Shown here: positions 58,558 through 64,000 of the stretch, piece after piece
How the letters are laid out: each line of letters starts with the position of its first letter
Position numbering within the stretch: position 1 is the stretch's first letter
Source of the DNA: Gemmatimonadota bacterium
Lineage (GTDB): Bacteria; Latescibacterota; UBA2968; UBA8231
DNA: 64,000 bases
Direction of reading: 5' to 3'
NCBI GenBank assembly: GCA_038153405.1
Contig: JAYOYH010000009.1
Location: 59,161-123,160 of the forward strand
Notes under the pieces: model-generated
What the model saw: the letters and a program-made list of their open reading frames with translations, nothing else
Told to the model about the DNA's origin: nothing
Database searches by the model: none
Program-made: the position numbers and the translations under genes

Positions 58558-59703
58558 ATGAGTGATATCTTGAATCGGACACAGATGGACGACTACGCGC
58601 GCGACGGCCATTTGATCGTGCGCGGGGTGCTGTCGAAGGGCGAAATCGCTGCGCTGCGCCGCGCCATGGCTGGTCTGGCGCCTACCGCCTATGCACCGGG
58701 ACTGCAGTATCCCGCGCCGGGCAAGTATACGATTCAGGGCAACCAGCTGGCAGAGCATCCGGCGCTAGCCGAAGTAGCGGCCCATCCGAGCATTATCGGT
58801 CCCGTCGAAGCGCTGCTAGAGCGGCCGGCTCATCTGTCGGCCTTTGTCGCTTATATCCGCACGCCCGATGACCGCGGCGGCGGCGCGCACAATGACTACA
58901 AGCGCTGGCGTCCGGTCGGCTCGTCGATGAACTGGTTGTTTGCCATCGTACCGCTAACGGACTTTGACGCCGAATACGGTCCGCTGCTGGTATCGCCCGG
59001 TTCGCATAAGCTGCACCAAGTGCTCGATCCGCGTGCACGAATTCTCGACGTGAGTGCACCCGATCGCGCGCAGTTGGCCCCTTTTGTCGATCCAGAGCTG
59101 AAGGCGGGCGATTTGCTGCTAATGAATATGTATGCGTGGCACGAGCCGCCGCCGGGCACGGCGCGGCAGGATCGCTGCGGTATCTTTAACAAGTATTGTG
59201 CAGTGGACGCGCCGCCGGCTGCAGGTCACTTTCGCTATAGCCACGCCGCCTACCAAGCGCTGCGCGACGAGGGCAAGCGCCTGTTGGCGATCCATTCAGA
59301 CTGTCCCCTTAAAAATACTCGCCTGCTGATTGAACGGCCTGGAACGGAGCCGGTCTATCTGCTGCGCGACGACGGCCAACTTCCCGGCGGCAGCGGTTGG
59401 GAAGAGGCGGAGGGCGTCGGCTGGGACGTGGGCGCGCGGATTGGCGCGCTGCAGGCGCTGGCCCGGGAGCAACTCGGCGCAGAGATTCCCTGGATGTCCT
59501 ATATCGCCGATGTGGACGAAACAGAGCGGGTCTACGGCTATGTGGATGAGAGCGCAACGGATTATCGGGGGTATCGCTGGTGTGCCGAAGCCGAACTGCC
59601 CGATGCGGTTCGTAGCTTGGCCACTCAATGGCAGCGGCCCGATATCGTGCGCGGCAAGGGCGTAGCGGTATCTCAGCGCCGTGAGCAGTACGGCGTTGGC
59701 TAG
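58558..59703 (+). CDS. PhyH-family Fe/2OG dioxygenase with an extra C-terminal Nudix-like domain
   Basis: QMDDYARDGHL, HND, GPLLVSPGSH and AWHE; C-terminal LPGG...ALAREQLG...YRWC..AELP. Confidence 0.82.
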   Translation: MSDILNRTQMDDYARDGHLIVRGVLSKGEIAALRRAMAGLAPTAYAPGLQYPAPGKYTIQGNQLAEHPALAEVAAHPSIIGPVEALLERPAHLSAFVAYIRTPDDRGGGAHNDYKRWRPVGSSMNWLFAIVPLTDFDAEYGPLLVSPGSHKLHQVLDPRARILDVSAPDRAQLAPFVDPELKAGDLLLMNMYAWHEPPPGTARQDRCGIFNKYCAVDAPPAAGHFRYSHAAYQALRDEGKRLLAIHSDCPLKNTRLLIERPGTEPVYLLRDDGQLPGGSGWEEAEGVGWDVGARIGALQALAREQLGAEIPWMSYIADVDETERVYGYVDESATDYRGYRWCAEAELPDAVRSLATQWQRPDIVRGKGVAVSQRREQYGVG

Positions 59704-59761
59704 CGCGCTGGGTAACTGTCGCATGCTTTGGGCCTAGCCCGAGAGAAAGGTATTTCTCACC

Positions 59762-60502
59762 GTGAACGTCGCCGTTTTTGGGGCAGCCGGCTGGGTCGGG
59801 CGCGCCGTGCTGGCCCACTTTGCAGGGCGGCATACCGTGCGCGCCTTTGATTTGGATCCGCGGGCCTGGGAAAAGTACGACGAGTTGGATGGGGCGTGGG
59901 ACGGCGAGAAACGCTACGGCGATATGGCCGACTTTGACGCCGTGGATGCGGCCATCGCCGGCTGTGATGGCGTCGTGCACCTGGCCGCGTATTTTGGCTA
60001 TGAAAGCTCGCCCGAGTACGATACGCATCCGTTTTTGGTCAATGTAAAGGGGCTGTGGAACGTATTGGAGTCGGCGCGGCGACGCGGGGTCCAGCGCGTG
60101 GTGCACATGGGTTCCTGTATGGTCCAGCATCCGGACGGCACGTTCTTCGATTCCGACGTGCGCAGTCCAGAGGGAACGCTCTACGGCATTTCCAAGCGCT
60201 TACAGGAAGAAATGTGTCGCCAGTTTTACGACGCGTTCAAGTCGCGGATCATCGTGTTTCGGCCGTGCAGTATCGTCGACAGCCGTCTTAAAATCAATCG
60301 CGACTTTAGTCCAGCCGGCGATCCAGAAGGCCTGGGTTGGGTCTGTCGACACGACTTGGCCGAAGGGTGTCACCTCGCGCTAGAAAACGAGACCGCAGAC
60401 TTTGCCGTGCTGCACACGGCGGGCAATCCAGCGGCGGAAGCGCACTGCAATGTGCGGCTGTCGAAAGAGCTGCTGGGCTTGGAATACAGGGGCCAGCTTT
60501 AA
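59762..60502 (+). CDS. NAD-dependent epimerase/dehydratase (extended SDR, uronate-dehydrogenase-like)
   Basis: GAAGWVG, VVHLAA, VNVKGLWNV and YGISK. Confidence 0.88.
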   Translation: MNVAVFGAAGWVGRAVLAHFAGRHTVRAFDLDPRAWEKYDELDGAWDGEKRYGDMADFDAVDAAIAGCDGVVHLAAYFGYESSPEYDTHPFLVNVKGLWNVLESARRRGVQRVVHMGSCMVQHPDGTFFDSDVRSPEGTLYGISKRLQEEMCRQFYDAFKSRIIVFRPCSIVDSRLKINRDFSPAGDPEGLGWVCRHDLAEGCHLALENETADFAVLHTAGNPAAEAHCNVRLSKELLGLEYRGQL

Positions 60503-60529
60503 GACTTGCCAGAGCCCATGAGCAAAATA

Positions 60530-60564
60530 AAAAGCCCTTAGAGCATCTGGCTCTAAGGGCTTTT
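60530..60564. terminator. Bidirectional intrinsic terminator between the SDR and YceI genes
   Basis: AAAAGCCCTTAGAGC-atctg-GCTCTAAGGGCTTTT, a perfect 15-bp inverted repeat. Confidence 0.88.
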
Positions 60565-60597
60565 CGGTGTTTGCCACGTATGCGACGAATGCGCGCT

Positions 60598-61167
60598 CTA
60601 CTGGGCGTTGGCCTGTATCATCAGGTTTATCTCGACCTCATCGCCGAGAATGCTGGCTACGTCGGTCCAGCTATTAACGCCGTACTCCGCGCGGCTAAGC
60701 ACCATTTTGGCGGCCATGCCGACTTGGGCCTTTTTCGACCAGGGATTAACGCCGGTGCCCAGCACGTTTACCGGCAGCACGATCGATTTGGTCACGCCGT
60801 GCATGGTGAAATCACCCGTCACGTGCAGGACGCCGTCTTTGGCTTCGGCACCCGTGCTCTTGAACGTAATGGACGGAAAGGATTCGACGTCGAAAAAGTC
60901 GGCGTCGCGCAGGTGTGCGTCGCGTTTTTCGTTGTCGGTGTCAATGCTGGCGACGGAGATCGTTCCTTCGATTTGGGTCTTTTCGGGCGCGGCTGGATCA
61001 TATTGGATTTTGCCCGAAAACTCGTTAAACACGCCGTTTGCTCGGCTCACGAGGTGGCGCACGTTAAAGGCGACCTGCGAATGCTCGGGATCAATTTGAT
61101 ACGTTTCTGCGTAGAGCGAGTTGAGCGTTAGAGCGAAGACAAAAAACGAGGTGGATAGCAAACGCAT
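60598..61167 (-). CDS. YceI family periplasmic lipid/polyisoprenoid-binding protein
   Basis: Signal peptide, YQIDPEHS.V.F.VRH, SIDT.NEKRDAHL...DFFDV..FP and GDFTMHGVTK; RBS AAGGAG. Confidence 0.93.
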   Translation of the reverse strand: MRLLSTSFFVFALTLNSLYAETYQIDPEHSQVAFNVRHLVSRANGVFNEFSGKIQYDPAAPEKTQIEGTISVASIDTDNEKRDAHLRDADFFDVESFPSITFKSTGAEAKDGVLHVTGDFTMHGVTKSIVLPVNVLGTGVNPWSKKAQVGMAAKMVLSRAEYGVNSWTDVASILGDEVEINLMIQANAQ

Positions 61168-61301
61168 TGCGTTATCTCCTTTTAGATTTAGGCAGTACAA
61201 TACTCGGCTTTTTTGAAACAGTCAATGGGACGCATCTGGCCAGGGGCCATTAAAACGTAGTGGAAGAAGCTATTCCCGAAAAATACTTTGTTCTTTGGCC
61301 A

Positions 61302-61322
61302 GGTATACATTTTATTCATACC
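61302..61322. promoter_or_regulatory. LysR-type recognition site (T-N11-A dyad)
   Basis: GGTAT-N11-ATACC, immediately upstream of the LysR start and divergent from yceI. Confidence 0.6.
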
Positions 61323-61325
61323 ACT

Positions 61326-62213
61326 ATGGAACTTAGACATCTGCGCTATTTTGTCACGACAGCGGAGGAAAAAAACATCAGCCGCGCATCCGTTCGGCTG
61401 CATATTTCTCAGCCCGCCGTATCGAGGCAAATCAAGGATTTAGAGAAAGAACTGGGCGTGCCGCTTTTTACGCGAATGCGCGATGGAATGGAGCTGACGG
61501 ACGCGGGAAGCAGTGCGCTCGTGCACGCGCGCGAAGTGCTGCGCCAAGCGGCCGTGATGCAAGAAGCCATGGAAGCATTCCATGGAAAAAATGCTCAGGC
61601 AACCTTAGCGGTTGGCTATATCCTTACCCAGTTGCCAGGCGTTCTCGCCAACGCGCTGCGCGCGTTTGAGCAGCGGCATAGGGATACGCGTGTCCAACTC
61701 TACGAAATGACGCCGGGTCAGCAGGTTGAGGCGCTGCGTCGGGACGAACTCGATGTGGGCCTGTTGGGCATGCCGTGGTCTTCTATTGAAGGCGAGTTCA
61801 CGACGCGCGTGATAAAGAAAGTGCCCATGGTCGTTATTGTTCCCGCTGATCATGCGTTGGCATCTCGTCCTAGTCTTACCCTAGCGGATTTACAGCACGA
61901 ACCCTTTGTAAGCTTTCACGAGGATCAATTTCCCGGTCGCCCCGAACTGCTCGCACGTCTGTTTAGACGTGCGTGGACTGTTCCGCAGATTGTGGCCAAG
62001 GCGCGGGGGTTTTCCGAACTGTTGGGGCTGGTTGCCGCTGGACGCGGAGTGGCTTTTGCCCCGTCTGATTTAGACCAGTTCCCCCACGTTGGCGTCGCAT
62101 TCGCGAAGCTAACGCACCCTCAGTTGACATTAAATTCTTCGGCTCTATGGAAGGGGAAACGCGAGACGCCCGAACTGCTGTCGTTTGTGGATACTATGGT
62201 TCAATTAGCGTGA
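61326..62213 (+). CDS. LysR family transcriptional regulator
   Basis: MELRHLRYF...NISRAS.RLHISQPAVSRQIKDLE.ELGV.LF.R. Confidence 0.95.
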   Translation: MELRHLRYFVTTAEEKNISRASVRLHISQPAVSRQIKDLEKELGVPLFTRMRDGMELTDAGSSALVHAREVLRQAAVMQEAMEAFHGKNAQATLAVGYILTQLPGVLANALRAFEQRHRDTRVQLYEMTPGQQVEALRRDELDVGLLGMPWSSIEGEFTTRVIKKVPMVVIVPADHALASRPSLTLADLQHEPFVSFHEDQFPGRPELLARLFRRAWTVPQIVAKARGFSELLGLVAAGRGVAFAPSDLDQFPHVGVAFAKLTHPQLTLNSSALWKGKRETPELLSFVDTMVQLA

Positions 62214-62427
62214 CCGACGATAGGCGCATTGGTGACCTCGAGCAGGTATCCGTCGGAGTTGACCGTTTAAAAGCGCGAACCCAACAGAGATAAAAAGTAC
62301 CCGAAGCTGGGAAAGCTGCTGTTGGGCCGAGTGCATACAATGCATTCGTTTTAGGCGATGCTAACGCTGTTTTTGCCTGTGGCAGCTCAGCAAGGATTGT
62401 CCGTTTAGTTTGCCGCATTATCAAAAA

Positions 62428-63525
62428 TTAGCAGGCTTTATTTAACACAATGCCGCAATGCGTGCCTTTATCTAGGTGCTGAATTTTCGCGAGCGAAATC
62501 ACCACGCCGTCATGTTGGGCACGTATCTCATGTGCGGGTTTGCCGTACAGGTCGTACACGATACCCAGCAAGTCACCCTGATTGACTTGGTCCCAGACCG
62601 CTTTTGCCGGGCGCCACAAACCGGCTACAGGGCTCTGATTGTGCGAGGACATCAGTCCGGCGCCGTGGCCGACTGACTCAATGAATTCGCGCGGTTGCAA
62701 CGGCGCATTTTCGCCGCCCACCATGCCCAAATGGACCATCAACCGCGACAGACCGCGCATATATTCGGCCTCGCCGCCCATGCCCCAGGCCGTCTCCCAA
62801 TAAACCGCCGGAATCCCGGCCAAAAAAGCGGCATACAGCGCCGTGCGACCGCTGGCCTCGTGTCCCATTACCGCGGCGGCCGCATGGCTGGCATCAAATT
62901 CATGTCCCCACACCAACGGCAAGCCCGTCTGCAGGCTGATCTGCCGTTGCGTTGCGCTCAGGGCCGGTTCCCCCGGATAGATATTGTAGCCTGAAAGCGT
63001 CGCACCCATAAGCCTTGGTCCGAAGGTGTGCAATGCCACCATCAACGTCGGTTTATGCGGGGCAGCCTGACCGAGAAAATCATTCTGCAGCGTATAGGCT
63101 ACGCGCTCCGTTAGCGTGCCATCGGGCTTGCCGGGATACACGCGGGCCAGATTCTGTCCATCGGCGTTGGCCACCCGACTTTGGTGAAGATAGCTGTCAA
63201 CGGAGCAGCAGTTTACTCCTACTACTGTACCCCTAAGGGCGGCGGGGTTGAGTTCCTTGAGCGTTTCCTGCAGGGCAATAATGGATTCGTACTCGTTGCC
63301 GTGCTCGCCGGCAATCAGCAGCAGCACAGGTCCGTCTTCCACGCCCGTTACGACCGTGACCGGCAGACCCCGTTCTCGCGTCAACGTATCGTCGCCGACA
63401 ACAGGGTGTTCGTAGTGCGTTAGTTGGCCGCGGGGCGCGTGGGTCCAGGTCGATAGGCGTATCGCCGTTTCCGGATTGCAGTACCAAGGGTCCTGCTGAC
63501 GGATAGTGGCTATGCTAAATTCCAA
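62428..63525 (-). CDS. Succinylglutamate desuccinylase/aspartoacylase (M14-like) metallo-amidohydrolase
   Basis: GEHGNE, NLARVYPG, ALHT, catalytic E in YWET and a C-terminal biotinyl-like domain; TTG start 7 nt after GGAG. Confidence 0.87.
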   Translation of the reverse strand: MEFSIATIRQQDPWYCNPETAIRLSTWTHAPRGQLTHYEHPVVGDDTLTRERGLPVTVVTGVEDGPVLLLIAGEHGNEYESIIALQETLKELNPAALRGTVVGVNCCSVDSYLHQSRVANADGQNLARVYPGKPDGTLTERVAYTLQNDFLGQAAPHKPTLMVALHTFGPRLMGATLSGYNIYPGEPALSATQRQISLQTGLPLVWGHEFDASHAAAAVMGHEASGRTALYAAFLAGIPAVYWETAWGMGGEAEYMRGLSRLMVHLGMVGGENAPLQPREFIESVGHGAGLMSSHNQSPVAGLWRPAKAVWDQVNQGDLLGIVYDLYGKPAHEIRAQHDGVVISLAKIQHLDKGTHCGIVLNKAC

Positions 63526-63769
63526 AGGGAGTCTCCGGTTATGTGTGATGTGAATAAGCGATCGGGATGGAGGGTCTTCCTTGGCCAAGTTGTATGTACG
63601 ATTAGCGGTTTTTCAGTGACCGCACTGCGTATGTGGCGTAGCATAAAGTCAGACCAATTGGCAAATAGATGTTATAGGATTTGCCAGGCTGGAGTAGGGA
63701 AGGGGAATCATTGGTTCTGACGCAAGCAATTACACAACGTTTCTCCCCGATCACTCCATCAGCTCGGCC

Positions 63770-64000
63770 TGGACTTTCCTCAATTAGATGGACACCCACT
63801 GATCCATATTTTATCGTCAGGAGGTATCCAATGTCTCAACGCAAAAACTACACCGAAGCATTTCGACAAGAAGCCGTTCGTCTACTCCAAATCAGTGGCA
63901 AGAGTGCCCGGCAAATTGGTCGCGAGTTAGGCGTGCCCCAATCGGTCTTAAGCCGTTGGAAAAAGCAAGCCGACGCATCCGAGATCGTATCTGATGAAGA
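63770..64000 (+). mobile_element. Left end of an IS3-family insertion sequence (continues beyond the window)
   Basis: Begins TGGACTTTCCTCAATTAGATGGACAC (IS3-like TG... terminus), then RBS AGGAGG and an OrfA-type transposase. Confidence 0.75.
63831..64000 (+). CDS. IS3-family transposase OrfA (HTH), partial; absent from the ORF track
   Basis: Manual translation MSQRKNYTEAFRQEAVRLLQISGKSARQIGRELGVPQSVLSRWKKQ... is the typical HTH_Tnp_1 pattern. Confidence 0.88.
   Translation, partial: MSQRKNYTEAFRQEAVRLLQISGKSARQIGRELGVPQSVLSRWKKQADASEIVSDE

Noticed and set aside
62279..62327. ACCCAAC...GTTGGGC matches the RYYYAAC/GTTRRRY ends of an integron attC site
   Set aside because: It is only 49 bp, shorter than known attC sites, has no pairing L boxes, occurs once, and there is no integrase or cassette array.

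Overview
GC-rich bacterial chromosomal window with about 43 protein-coding genes. I found no rRNA, tRNA or CRISPR array. The many secreted proteins ending in FlgD-Ig / 'FPNPFNP' or 'TPNGDG' C-terminal domains, together with several PhyH and Gfo/Idh/MocA paralogues, suggest an FCB-group organism such as Latescibacterota (inference only). Housekeeping genes are clpP, mutM, an apaH-like phosphatase, hflX, lon and glnD. The window also holds two tandem RND permeases, an anaerobic sulfatase maturase, a cytochrome c'/diheme cytochrome pair, a sugar ABC operon ending in an APH(6)-like kinase, galM, assorted catabolic enzymes and, at the right edge, the start of an IS3-family element. The most striking locus is 18.9-34.6 kb: three very large secreted proteins. 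Two are tandem paralogues each carrying an Asp-box head, four Ig-like modules, cohesin-like, dockerin-like and second cohesin-like domains and a C-terminal sorting-type domain. The third is a divergent cadherin-like repeat protein with an N-terminal cohesin-like domain. The two units are transcribed from back-to-back sigma54 (-24/-12) promoter matches that flank 20-bp-phased candidate enhancer sites, suggesting a co-regulated, non-cellulosomal cohesin-dockerin surface assembly. Other oddities are a contracted CxCH heme motif, a triple-DUF5069 protein coupled to a C26 amidohydrolase, a KanJ-like dioxygenase, a PhyH-Nudix-like fusion, a truncated PhyH gene and probable leaderless transcripts. 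All family assignments come from motif recognition by eye, not database searches.
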